Under the pieces are notes generated by a model. It was not told the origin of the DNA. It ran no database searches and worked only from the letters and a program-made list of their open reading frames with translations. From Malacoraja senta (taxonomy: Eukaryota): a DNA stretch of 64,000 nt. The stretch is from the NCBI GenBank assembly GCA_038087875.1, contig CM075991.1, positions 10,790,001-10,854,000 on the forward strand, given 5' to 3'. Of this stretch, positions 36,940 through 49,635 are shown in pieces. The translations under genes were made by a program, and so were the position numbers. Each line of letters opens with the position of its first letter. The first letter of the stretch is position 1.

Positions 36940-38152
36940 TACGGTCTAGGCATAAGCTCAGGGGCGACCGGGCCTTTGCGGTTGCAGCCCCTAGACTGTG
37001 GAACAGCATCCCCTTTCCCATCAGAACTGCCCCCTCCATCGACTCTTTTAAGTCAAGACTAAAGACGTATCTATACTCCCAAGCCTTTCCCGACGTCCTC
37101 TGAGTGAGGGCTACATTTTTAGTGAAGTTTTAGTTAGTCTTGTGTGCTGTCTGTAGGAGAACTAGACTTTTAATGTAGGGGCAAGGGGGTAACCTTATTT
37201 CTAGGTCCCTACCTGGTCGGTGAGGCAGCTTTTTCTCCGGGCTGCCCCATCGACCCGACCTCGCGGCCTACCAGCGGGCGTGGAGCGCCGTTTCCTGGCG
37301 GGGACCGCCCAGCACCTTCAGCTTCGGTGGCGGCACAGCGCTGGAGCGCTATCGCGGAGCGGAGGATGCCTTGCCTGGGTCGCCGCGCTGGATCGACGCG
37401 CTGGAGCTCCGGTGAGCTGTGAGCTCAACACCTCCGGGCTGCGGGTCTGCGGAGAGGAGCGGGCGGCGCCGACTTCAACATCGGGAGCCTGGGAGCTCCA
37501 AACCGGCGCGGCCTTGTCGGCTTCGGAAGCTGCGGTCTACGGCAATGGAAGCGGCCGTTCCAGGTGGCCCAGCCGCTGAGAGGACTCTCCTGACGCCGGG
37601 GCAACAGCACCCGGCGAGAACGTCCAGGAACATCGGGCCTCCGTAGAGGCAACAGCGGAGGCCTCAATAGGCCTGACTGTGGGATGGGGACTGGACATTG
37701 TGCCTTCCCCCACAGTGGTAACCATTGTGGGGGGATGATTTTTGTATGTAGTGTCTATTTTAGTCTGTGTCCAAGGGCGGTCGGAAGGGAGAGTGGACGC
37801 TGGCGCGGTTTAGCTGCCGCTGCTCTCTCTTCACATTGTGTTTCAGATTTTTTTTTTTTTGTGTCATTGGATCGAATTCTGTCTTTAATTTGTGTATTGG
37901 TGATGTCTTTACAATTTATTTTACTCCGATTATATGTTTCTTACTTGTTAAACTCTGTAAGGTGTCCTTGAGACTTTGGTATAAGGCGCCCATAAATAAA
38001 ATGTATTATTATTATTATTATTATTACATGTATATATGTATGTAGTTTGTTTTGTTTATACTATTCTTATAACAAATGTAAAGCACTTTGGCCAACGAGA
38101 GTTGTTTTTTAAATGTGCTATATAAATAAATGTGACTTGACTTGACTTGACT
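36940..38152 (+). mobile_element. L2 3' end interrupted by a ~910-bp non-autonomous element (~37116-38025)
   Basis: L2 GDRAFAVAAPRLWNSIP at 36940-37112 resumes at ~38026; the insert is GC-rich and ends in an L2-type tail with (TTA)n. Confidence 0.8.
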
Positions 38153-38844
38153 AGAATCGGGTGGGAAGTGTCGAGGAGAATAAAATAGGATTATTGTAAA
38201 TTGAAGTTCTGCACAGTTTTAAAAGGACTCAAAGAGCTGGAGTAACTCAGCGGGTCAGGTAGCATCTTGGCGGGACGCAGCATTTAAGGAGGGAAGGAGC
38301 AGGTGTTGTTTCAGGTCGAGACAATTAGCAATCAGCCAACTGTTCTGTTGAACTTTTGTTTTGAGAGCACCTTTGTGTGTGTCTGCTGTCAGCGAGTATT
38401 ACATTTCCATCTGATTGCTTGTCATTTGCCTACCAGTTCAAATGATGAATGCAAATGTGCATCTTGGCAGGTATTTCAATCTCATGACTTCATAGCTCAA
38501 TCCGCTTTAAGCAGGAAGGAATAATTTGCAATTATCTGGTGCTTTTCATAATGTCATCACGAGTCTTTAGTGACATATGAAGTAGTCACTCAAGTCAGTG
38601 TGAGAACAAGCTCCCAGAGTCTAATGGGTAGTGAATCTGTGGAACTCTTTGCCGCAGAAGGCTGAAAACATCTGGTGAATTGGGCTCCACTGCCTTCTGT
38701 GGCAGAGAATTCCACAGATTCGCAACTCTCTGGCTGAAAAAGTTTTTCCTCACCTCAGTCCTAAACGGCCTACCCCTTATTCTTAAACTGAAATAGGTGG
38801 GTGCAAGCAAGAAAGGAGGAAACATGTAAGGAGGAAGGCCTGGG

Positions 38845-39070
38845 TGTAGGTTAGTTACCTAATATTGGGGAATTCATATCTTTGGGTTGCAAGGTCAAAT
38901 AGAACATGAGGTGCTGTTCCTCTAGTTTGCATGTGGCCTCACTCTAGCAGTGGAGAAGGCCCAGGACAGAAATGTCCATGTGTTAATGGGAATGGGAGTT
39001 AAAATGGTTAGCAACCTAGAGATCCAGCAGGCCTTGGTGGTCCGATCGCAAGTGTTCATCGAAACGGTCG
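38845..39070 (-). mobile_element. Degenerate Penelope GIY-YIG fragment
   Basis: Similar to 60206-60440 (ATGAGGTGCTGTTCCTC..GGACAGA..GGGAGTTAAAATGGT). Confidence 0.6.
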
Positions 39071-39099
39071 ACTAATTCCTCGTGTGAAGATTCATCGAT

Positions 39100-39525
39100 C
39101 AAGTCAAGTCAAGTCACATTTATTTATATAGCACATTTAAAAAACAACTCTCGTTGGCCAAAGTGCTTTACATTTGTTATAAGAATAGTATAGCTTCTAC
39201 TAAAAATATTATTTAAAAAAAGAATAGTATAAACAAACAAACTACATACATATAGCCCTCATTCAGAGGACGTCAAGAAAGGCTTGGGAGTATAGATAAG
39301 TTTTTAGTCTTGACTTAAAGGAGTCGATGGAGGGGGCAGTTCTGATGGGAAGGGGGATGCTGTTCCACAGTCTAGGAGCTGCAACCTCAAAGGCGCGGTC
39401 GCCCCTGAGCTTATGCCTAGACCGCGGGATATTCAGCAACCCCAAGTCGGCCGATCTGAGGGACCTGGAGGTGGAGTGGTGGGTGAGAAGACTTTTAATG
39501 TAGGTGGGGGCAAGCCCATTGAGGG
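39100..39525 (-). mobile_element. L2-clade LINE 3' end
   Basis: LNGLAPTYIKSLL..SRSLRSADLGLL.IPRSRHKLRGDRAFEVAAPRLWNSIP..FKSRLKTYLY. Confidence 0.92.
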
Positions 39526-39599
39526 TTTTGTTAATGTTATCTTTACAATTCACGCAGTGAGGAGGAATATGGAGCAGTTTTAACCAACTCTGCCATGCC

Positions 39600-39910
39600 T
39601 TTAGACTTTACTTTGGAGATACAGCGGGGAAACAGGCCCTTCAGCCTTCCGCATCCGTACAGACCAGCGATCACCCGTACACCAGCACCATCCGACCCAC
39701 GAGGGGACAATTTACAATTTGCAGAAGCAAATTAACCTGCAAACCTGCACGTCTTTGGAGTGTGGGAGGAAACCGGAGCACCCGGAGAAAACCCACGCAG
39801 TCACAGGGAGAACGTACAAACTCAGTACACCACAGCGGCTGCAGTCAGGATTGAACCCGGGTCTCCGGGGCTGCGAGGCAGCAACTCGGCCTCTGCGCCA
39901 CCGTGCCGCC
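39600..39910 (-). mobile_element. V-SINE
   Basis: Head, V-domain and tail. Confidence 0.85.
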
Positions 39911-39918
39911 CATCGTAC

Positions 39919-40463
39919 AGCGTACAGTTTTGGTCTCCTAATCTGAGGAAAGACATTCTTGCCATATAGGGAGTACAGAGAAGGTTCACCAGACTGATTC
40001 CTGGGATGGCAGGACTTTCATATGAAGAAAGACTGGATAGACTCGGCTTGTACTCGCTGGAATTTAGAAGATTGAGGGGGGATCTTATAGAAACTTACAA
40101 AATTCTTAAGGGGTTGGACAGGCTAGATGCAGGAAGATTGTTCCCGATGTTGGGGAAGTCCAGAACAAGGGGTCACAGTTTAAGGATGAGGGGGAAGTCT
40201 TTTAGGACCGAGATGAGAATTTTATTTTTCACACAGAGTGGTGAATCTGTGGAATTCTCTGCCACAGAAAGTAGTTGAGGCCAGTTCATTGGCTATATTT
40301 CAGAGGGAATTAGATGTGGCCCTTGTGGCTAAAGGGATCAGGGGGTATGGAGAGAAGGCAGGTAAAGGATACTGAGTTGGATGATCTGCCATGATCATAT
40401 TGAATGGCAGTGCAGGCTCGAAGGGCCGAATGGCCTACTCCTGCACCTATTTTCTATGTTTCT
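39919..40463 (+). mobile_element. CR1 LINE 3' fragment
   Basis: VQFWSPNLRKDILAI..GLSYEERLDRLGL. Confidence 0.92.
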
Positions 40464-42001
40464 CTCTGCAAGGACAGATTAAATGCTGCTTTTGGTGTTA
40501 TCTTTACATAAGATTTTGCATATCATTGAAGGAGTTAATAACAGATAGTTTTTCGGGCTGTTGAAGTTTGTTCAGTTTTAATAAAGATCACATTATTCCA
40601 AAGTGCCTGATGAGCCTTCTGCAACTCGTCTCAGAGAAGATGCAACCACTTGGGACAGTTTAGGCTATTAAGCACCACATTGCAGGCAATTACAATCCTT
40701 TCCTATTCTTAAGTACCAGATTTAATCTTGAAGAAAATTCTTAGCACATCTTGCTTTATTCCTCTGAAGGCCATTTATTACATGCCTCAGTATCTTTATA
40801 GCCTGTGGGTATCGCATGAAAGGTCTATACTTAAAAGGACACAAAGTGCTGGAGTAACTCAGTGGATCAGGCAACATCTGCGGAGAACATTCTGCATAGG
40901 TGACATTTTGGGTCAGGAACCTTCTACATACATGATAGGAGCAGAATTAGGCCATTCGGCCCATCAAGTCTACGCCGCCGTTCAATCATGGCTGATTTAT
41001 CTCTCCCTCCTAGCCCCATTCCCCTGCCTTCTCTCCATATCCCCTGATACCCGTACTAATCAAGAATGTGTCTACTGTATCTCTGGCTTAAAAATATCTA
41101 TTGACTTGGCCTCCACAGCCTTCTGTGGCACAACTCACAACTCCAGACTCACAACTCAATGGTATGAAGGTGCAGGAAGGAACTGTGCAGATGCTGGTTT
41201 ATACCGAAGATAGACACAAAATGCTGGAGTAACTCAGCAGGACAGGCAGCATCTCTGGAGAAAAGGAATAGGTGATATTTTGGGTCGAGACCCTTCTTGT
41301 CTGAAGCTGCCTTGCCTGTTGCCGCAAGTCGCTATCCCCAGCACAGGGCTCTGTGCCAAAAGGATTTGTTCTCAATCACAGCAAATTCTACAGGAAATCT
41401 TTGAGAGCATGCAAGGAGGGCGAATACCTGGAATATTTGCTCACATTGATCCAGGAAATCTTTACACTCAACATCATTTTCTGTTGTTAATCTCCGGGAT
41501 ATAATACCAATGAGAAGTTTCTGCGGTCGTCATAGTGTATATGGTCTATAATCCATGTCTTAGCTATGACATTAAGCTGGAAGGTGCGCACAGATTTACT
41601 AGCATGTACCTGAGCTACAGTGAGGGAGGGAGGGGTTGGTGAAGGGGTGATCTTATAGAGGTGTATAAAATCATGAATGGTATAGACAGGGCAATACCAC
41701 TCAGCCATGATGACCAAGGTGTCCCATCTACACTAGTCCCATTTGCCTGCATTTAACCAATATCCCTCTCAACCTTTCCAATCCATGTACCTGTCCAAGT
41801 GTCTTTTAGATGCTTTAGATTCTGCCTCAACTACCTCAACAACTTTTTGCTGCCTGTCCCACTGAGTTACTCCAGCAGTGATACAACATGACACACACTT
41901 CCAAGCCCAAGATAAAGACGTCATCGCCAAATCTCAATCCAGTTTGTTGCAGAGCAATACATAGGACAGTTTGTAATACATACAGAGCAATACATAGGAC
42001 A

Positions 42002-42450
42002 GGAAGAAAGACTGGATAGACTCGGCTTGTACTCGCTAGAATTTAGAAGATGGAGGGGGGATCTTATAGAAACGTCCAAAATTCATAAGGGGTTGGACAG
42101 GCTAGATGCAGGAAGATTGTTCCCGATGTTGGGGAAGTCCAGAACAAGGGGTCACAGTTTAAGGATAAGGGGAAGTCTTTTAGGGCCGAGATGAGAAAAT
42201 CATTTTTTACACAGAGAGTGGTGAATCTCTGGAATTCTCTCTGCACAGAAGGTAGTTGAGGCCAGTTCATTGGCTATATTTAAGAGGGAGTTAGATGTGG
42301 CCCTTGTGGCTAAAGGGATCAGGGGGTATGGAGAGAAGGCAGGTACAGGATACTGAGTTGATTGATCAGCCATGATCATATTGAATGGCGGTGCAGGCTT
42401 GAAGGGCCGAATGGCCTACTCCTGCACCTATTTTCTATGTTTCTATGTTT
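42002..42450 (+). mobile_element. CR1 LINE 3' fragment
   Basis: Same subfamily as 1-346. Confidence 0.9.
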
Positions 42451-43687
42451 AGTTAATTATTATTGTCACGTGCCAAGGGACAGCAAAACGCTTTCTTGTT
42501 GCGTGCTTTCCAGTCAGTGAGAAGACTATGCATGACAACATTCAAAAGTCCACAGTGTTCAGATACAGGATAAAGGAAATAATGTCTAGCATAAGATATA
42601 GTTCAGTAGAGTCCGATTAAAGATAGTCTGAGGGTCTCCAATGAGGTAGATGGTAGATCAGGACTACTCTCTAATTGGCGAAAGGATGGTTCAGTTGCCT
42701 GATAACAGCTGGGGAGAAACTGTCCCTGAATCTGGAGGTGTGCCTTTTCACGCTTCTGTGCCTCTTGCCTGATTTACAGATCTTATTAGTCCGTCTTCAG
42801 AACCAGAACATAACCCAATGCCAGACTATGCCCACAGCCTTGGCAGCTCACAGTCTCTGAGAGTTCGCTGCCTGATGGGAGAGGAGAGAAGAGGGGGTGA
42901 GACTGGCCCTTGATTGTGCTACCGGCCATGCCGAGGCAACGTGTAGAGATGGAAGTGTAGATTTACAACAGGCCCCGCTGTAAATAGCAACATAGCAGCA
43001 GCTGACAGCTGAGGAATCCCGGCCATTATCAAGATATTGTTTTTACATAAAGAGCGTATTAAAGCCTGACTCCATCATTTACACATCATTCTTTTTGACA
43101 TGAAGCGTTGTTCCACAGTTCCGAGGAGATTTACCCACTCAATATCCAGCACGGTTCTTAAACATTCCTTCAGCGACAATTTGTTCATTTGCTTTTATTT
43201 TGCCTCTTGTTTCACAGTAACTAATAAAGTTAGCTTAGCCTGCAAGAGCACAGTGAACTCTCCTGACACTGTCTTATTAGAAACAAGCGGTGGGCAATTT
43301 CCTCCATTCCGCCACAGGAAATGTTATTTTAATGTTTTATTGAGTGCACAGGGCATCAAACACTCTGTCAGAGATAGTTTGGACTTGGATATTCTTTGTA
43401 CATCGTGCATGTCACCGCATATTACCAGTTTGTAGAGCAATGCATTGAATCTGATCTCCCTTCACTACCTTCACAATTAGCTCTGTGATGGTGCCATAGG
43501 CTGATACTGCCTGAAACTGCAATGGAAATAGTTGCTCTACTAGTGGAGTAGTTGCTCTACTCAACAGCCAAAAATCTGTAGCCTCCCTTTGATCTGGTAT
43601 TTTGTTGGTTCACATGCTTGATCAATGGTGTTTTATCATTAATGTTTTATTATTATTAATGTTTAGTGTTTTCTGAGTCATTCGTAA

Positions 43688-44272
43688 AGGCTCTGTCTTA
43701 CGTGTTTGCGGTCATCGGCGGTGAAGCGCGGCTTCGCCTGTAGAGTGGACCGCACGGCAACGGCGAGAGCGCCGAGCCTATCCACGGGAGCGCCGCCCAC
43801 GGATGCTGCGCGGGGGCCGAGTGATTCAAATACGGCTGGTCCCACGTGCTTGCGGTAAGTAAAAAAAAGGGCGGGCCGACTGCGATGACGTCGGCCCGCC
43901 GCACGTGACTCACTAGCGGCGGCTGTGGCGGCAGCCGTCCTGATCGCGGCGCTGTAGCGGTGGCTGTGCCTGCGGCCGTGCCGCACACGTGCCTCACTGG
44001 CGGAGGCTGTGGCAGTGGAAGTTTGACGCACGGTGCTCGAGCCACACTGGAGGCGGGCCGTGTGGGCGGCCGTGCCGCACTCGTGCATCACTGGTGGAGG
44101 TTGTGTGGTAAGAATATAGTTTTCAACAGTGTAGGTTTTATTTTAGCACCGTGCGGTGTTGGGAACACCGCCGCACGGCCCCGGAATTGTGGGTTCTCAC
44201 GAGTGCACGGTCTATGGCGGCAGATTCTTCCTGTTTCGCCGCCAATGACCGCAGACTCGTGAGACAGGCCTT
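43688..44272. mobile_element. CpG-rich PIF/Harbinger-type MITE nested in a Rex1-type tail
   Basis: About 38-bp imperfect TIRs; TAA TSD at 43685-43687 and 44273-44275; the uninterrupted host sequence is at ~53718-53740. Confidence 0.85.
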
Positions 44273-44399
44273 TAACTGTCACTGTATGTCATGTTGTTAC
44301 GTGGGCGGAGCACCATGGCAAATTCCTTGTATGTGAATACTTGGATAATAAACTTACTTACTTACTTACTTACTTAAGAAGTACGTTTGATTCATAAGC

Positions 44400-44698
44400 T
44401 TTAGAGATACAGTGCGGGAACAGGCCTTCTGCCCACCGAGTCCGCGCCGACCAGCGATCACCCCATACACTAGCACTCTCCAACACACTAGGGATAATTT
44501 ACAATTTTACGAAGCCAATTAACCGATAAACCTGTGCGTCTTTGGAGTGTGGGAGGAAACCGGGTAACCTGGAGAAAACCCGCAGGGTCACAGGGAGAAC
44601 GTTCAAACTCTGCACAGACAGCAGCTGGTGTCAGGATTGAACCCGGGTCTCTGGCGCTTCAAGGCAGCAACACCGCCGCTGCGCCACCGTGCCGCCCC
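44400..44698 (-). mobile_element. V-SINE
   Basis: Head, V-domain and tail. Confidence 0.85.
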
Positions 44699-44815
44699 TG
44701 AAACATTTGGGAAATGTGTCAAGTCAGATGAGCGTGATTGTCGGGGCATATTCCAATGGACGGAGTCTCTGTCCGTGGCTGGATGTGGCCTGTTCCCAGC
44801 TCCCTGCCCCAACAA

Positions 44816-45800
44816 GGTTAATTCCGGGATGGCGGGACTGTCATATGCTGAGAGAATGGAGCGACTGGGCTTGTACACTCTGGAGTTTAGAAGGATGAGA
44901 GGGCATCTCATTGAAACATGTAAGATTGTTAAGGGTTTGGACCCGCTAGAGGCAGGAAACATGTTCCCGATGTTGGCGGAGTCCAGAACCAGAGGCCACA
45001 GTTTAAGAATAAGGAGTAAGCCATTTAGAACGGAGACGAGGAAACACTTTTTCTCACAGAGAGTGGTGAATTCTCTGCCTCAGAGGGCGGTGGAGGCAGG
45101 TTCTCTGGATGCTTTCAAGAGGGAGCTAGATAGGGCTCTTAAAAATAGCGGAGTCAGGGGATATGGGGAGAAGGCAGGAACGGGGTACTGATTGGGGATG
45201 ATCAGCCATGATCACATTGAATGGCGGTGCAGGCTCGAAGTGCCGAATGGCCTACTCCTGCATCTAATGTCTTGTCTATTCATGATGATGACACTGTACT
45301 GTCACTTTTACCTCGCTAGGTGCAGTGAAAGTACACAATAGAGTCGCCACAAAGGTAGTGACAAAGTTACAAGAAGTACTCATTCCTTAGCTCCCTGTAG
45401 GCCCCCCTGCCAGGTTCCCCTTAGCTCTTGGTGAGATAGAGTCATAGAGTGATACAGCATGGAAACAGGCCCTTCGCCCCAACTTGCCCACACCGACCAA
45501 AATATCCCAGCTACACTAGTCCCATCTGCCCGCGTTTGGCCCATATCCCTCCAAACCTGTCCTATCCATGTACCTGTCTAACAGTTTCTTAAACATTGGG
45601 ATAGTCCCAGCCTCAACTACCTCATCTAGCAGCTTGTTCTATACACCCACCATCCTTTGTGTGAAAAAGTTACCCCTCAGATTCCTGTTAAATCTTTTCC
45701 CCTTCACCTTAAACCAATGTCCTCCGGTCCTCGATTCACCTACTCTGGACAAGAGACTCTGCGCATCGACCCAATCTGTAAGATCACACCTCATCCTCCT
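44816..45800. mobile_element. Two CR1 3' fragments (+ 44816-45280; - 45436-45800)
   Basis: ORF2 C-termini and tails of two subfamilies. Confidence 0.85.
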
Positions 45801-47178
45801 GCGGTCTTTGTGTTTGTTGGATCCCGGCGGTCAGACAGACTCTCACTTACGTATCTGGGCTCAAAATTGAAAACTGCTTTATTGCAACCCATTTACAATT
45901 TAAAAAACCAGGCCCGAATGCAGGGGCTTAACTGGATTGGGAGTCTTTCATCGTAAATCTCACAATCCCCTGGCATTTATGGCCTTCTAAAGGCTGCAGG
46001 AAACCAGGGAGCTTGACTCACTCCACCTCAAGCAGAGGGAGGGGAGTCTAGTTGGAGGCTGCAAAGAGTTGAGTTTGATTGTCCTCTTGGGTTCTGCATG
46101 GGTCCTTCGACAGGGGAGATAGCTGAGATAATCGCGGTTACCTCTGCCGTGCGTTTATTAGGTGGATGGAAGCCAAAAATGAGGAGGATTTTAAATGAAA
46201 GGATAAAAATCGACTTTAGCTGATGTGCTGCCTCAGGGCTAATGTTAACACGTACTACCTCCGTCAAAGAGTGTTGAGCAATCACTTACAGCATATTGGC
46301 AAATCAGTTATGATAAATTGAACATCCTATATGCAGATAGAGATATTGTTAGCATTTATGGGCAAGTTTATTACCAAAGCAAGGAAAGCTACGACAAGAT
46401 GCATAAAGTCATAAATCTCCATGCACCACTTAAAGTTAATGGCGAAAGGGCAAAATGGAAAGACTAATGTACAATTTGATGAATTTGTTCATTCATCTGA
46501 TGAGAAGAATTTAATGGCTTATATTGCTCAGGTTCTGAGGGAAAGAAGCCAACTAAATATAATGACGAAAGCTAAACATGAAAGCAAGGTTTCAAGAGTC
46601 TGCAGAGGGGTTCTGACCCGAAACGTCGCCTATTCATGTCCTCCGGAGATGATGCCTGACCCGCTGGGTTATTCCCGCACTTTGTATTCAAAGCAAGCTT
46701 TAAATAGCTGGATACAAAAGTTATGTCAGCGAAGGGTGAAAGTAACTTCACTAATGGTTGTGTGAGCAACATACATCATATTATCCATCGGAACTGGACA
46801 TGCTGGCTGCTTTCTTCATGATACGCCATGCTAGATTGCACCATCTTATTTTCGCCTCTGGGAGGCAGAGACCAGGGCCTTCCTAATGTTCAGCTGCAGG
46901 GCCCTGGACATGAATTTGAGGCTTGTTGTGCATGAAGGCTTGGCAGGAATGTGGTTCACAAGCTTGGGACCTTCCAGTCAAGGGACTGCGGAGAACTACC
47001 CTGCCTGGCATCCTAGCCACAGTTTAAAGTACATGTTTTCTGATCTCGATCACAGTTACTCATATTTCCTCAATACAGTGCAAGGAGACCATTCAGCCCA
47101 TCAGGTCTGTGCCAACTCTCAGAGCTATCTGATCACAGCCATTCCCCCACTTGTTTCTCTGTAACCTGTTCTCTTTCA

Positions 47179-47952
47179 CACGTGTGCGGACGTGGCGCCG
47201 ACGGACGAGAAGCCGAAGCAAAGAAGTGGGAGCCAAATAACCGAATGGAAACGAAGCCGAAACGGCAACTAACCGAAAGGGTGGGACGCCTAAATGCAAA
47301 CGAACCAAAAGGGCGGGACGCCTAAAAGCCAACTAACCGAAAGGCTGCATCGCCTAAAAGCAAACTCACCGAATGGCCGCTCTGCCGAAACGCCACCTAC
47401 CCGAAAGGCGGCGTTGCCTACAAGCCAACGAACCAAATGCCGCTCAACAGAAACGTCCAATAACGGATATGACGTTGCCTGGGGGGGGGGGGGGCGGGAC
47501 TTGTCAGCGACTGATCTAGACCCCCCGGGTCCATCACATCACTGTGGAGGGATGAACATTGTCCCAAACCTCCGCTCCACCGGTGGAGACGGGAGCGTGG
47601 GGTTCATTTTCCCACACAAGCCATAGGTGACTGGGCAATCTGAACCCAAGCACCAAGTTGTAAGCGGCCGAAGGTGCGCATCCCTCGGGACAGCCCCCAC
47701 CCTCCCACGGCCACCCTCCGCGGGCTGTGGGTCGGGTGGAGCGGAAGTGTGGGACAATGTTCATCGCTCAATCCCGCATTCGGTCCGTTGGCCTGTAGGC
47801 GACGCCGCCTTTCAGGTAGGTAGCGTTTGGGCAGAGCGGCCATTCGGTGAGTTTGCTTTTAGGCGACGCAGCCTTTCTGTTAGTTGGCTTTTAGGCGTCC
47901 CGCCCTTTCGGTTACTTGGCGTTTCGGCTTCGTTTCCATTCGGTTATTTTGG
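47179..47952. mobile_element. Foldback-like DNA element with modular long TIRs
   Basis: Arms 47235-47441 and 47773-47949 built from ~15/30-bp CCGAA modules; inner inverted repeat at 47551-47581 / 47735-47765. Confidence 0.8.
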
Positions 47953-48294
47953 GGGAAATTCCAGCCTTCCTTGGGGGAAATTTACAACCAGCAATTAACA
48001 AATCAACCAGTACATAAATGGGATGGTGGAGGAAAATGGCTGGCCAGACCTGTTTGAGGGAACCATGCTGTGGGTATGTGATCTTCTATATCAGCCTTAG
48101 AGGAGAGAGGGATTTCAAAGTCAAAGTCAAAGTCAATTTTATTCATCACATGCACATCACATGGAATGAAATGAATTTGCCAGCAGCGATACACTTAAAA
48201 AGAACACAAAATACACAATAAAAATGTAACCCAAAAATCGACCACATCATTCTTCACTGTGGTGGAAGGCAACAAAGTTCAGCCAGTGGCTTCA

Positions 48295-48570
48295 TGTTTA
48301 GTTTTTAGTTTAGTTTCATTTGGAAATACAGCGTAGAAACAAGCCTTTGAGCCCACCCAGTCCACACTGACCAACGGTCACCTGTGCACTAGTTCTACCC
48401 TACACATGAGGGAGAATTTACAGAAGCCAATTCACCTACAAACCTGCATGTCTTTGGAGTGTGGGAGTAAATCGGAGCACCCGGAGGAAACCCACGTGGT
48501 CAGTACCCATAATCGAACCTGGGTCTCTGGCACTGTATGTAGCAACTCCACCACTGCACCACCATGCCAC
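48295..48570 (-). mobile_element. V-SINE
   Basis: Tail, V-domain and partial head. Confidence 0.8.
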
Positions 48571-48762
48571 TTCAATGCTATAATCTAGTTACCTGCAAAA
48601 ACTCAGAGCTCTTTCATTCATGGATGCATGAGAGCTTTGGATACAGAAGAGAAGGCCAATAAGATCAATAAGCAGAGGATTGTGCTGGTGGATTTGTGTA
48701 AGGAAGGAGATGAATGCAGCACGGATTGAAACGCCTGTCTCCCTCCAGTATATTTTTTCCAA

Positions 48763-49212
48763 GTGTCATACGTTGATAGAATGGAGCGGCTGGGCTTGTA
48801 TACACTGGAATTTAGAAGGATGAGAGGATATCTTATTGAAACATATAAGATTATTAAGGGATTGGACACGCTAGAAGCAGGAAATATGTTCCCAATGTTG
48901 GGGGAGTCCAGAACCAGGGGCCACAGTTTAAGAATCAGGGGTAGGCCATTTAGAACAGAGATGAGGAAAAACCTTTTCACCCAGAGAGTTGTGAATCGGT
49001 GGAATTCTCTGCCTCAGAAGGCACTGGTGGCCAATTCTCTGGATGCTTTCAAGAGAGAGTTAGATAGAGCTCTTAAAGACAACAGAGTGAAGGGTGTATG
49101 GGGAGAAGGCAGGAACGGGGTACTGATTGTGGATGATCAGCCATGATCACATTGAATGGAGGTGCTGGCTCGAAGGGCCGAATGGCCTACTCCTGCACCT
49201 ATTGTCTATTGT
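48763..49212 (+). mobile_element. CR1 LINE 3' fragment
   Basis: SYVDRMERLGLYTLEFRRMRGYLIETYKIIKG. Confidence 0.9.
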
Positions 49213-49475
49213 GTTCAGTGAAGAAAGTGATAAAATTAATCCAGCACTAAGAGGAGTTGAATGACTTTGTTTGTTTATTTCCTTGTTCCTCTTCTGATCT
49301 TTCCACTTGGCCAACAATCTGATAGCGTGCTTGTTGGATCATCCGTAAAGTTCATGTGGGTTGTCCCTGCTTAACAAACTAATGCACAATGCGCATTATG
49401 TGGGATAGGTAATCTACTCGAGCAGAAACAACTCCCCATCTATCAAGGCAGACCATCATATACCAACGCACTTAC

Positions 49476-49523
49476 CACTGGGAGTGAAAGGGCAGTCAGA
49501 ACTCCAAGGCTAAATGCCACGAA
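49476..49523 (-). CDS. Candidate 48-bp cassette exon of the TSPAN15-like gene
   Basis: Acceptor taactgttttgtacag, donor GTG|gtaagt, phase 0-0; encodes FVAFSLGVLTALSLPV. Confidence 0.45.
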
Positions 49524-49635
49524 CTGTACAAAACAGTTACTTTACAAAACTAATATGCTTCAGTGAATTCAGAATGCCAAAGACTTTGTTTAACTAAGGA
49601 ACCTGCTCAACAAACTTCACAAAACCTTAGCCTGG

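Noticed and set aside
41428..41480. Candidate exon ENDVECKDFLDQCEQIFQ
   Set aside because: 53 bp, weak splice sites, and it would break the phase 0-0 tetraspanin frame.
43678..44282. CpG island promoter or GC-rich ORFs
   Set aside because: The segment is bounded by TIRs and a TAA TSD, so it is a MITE.
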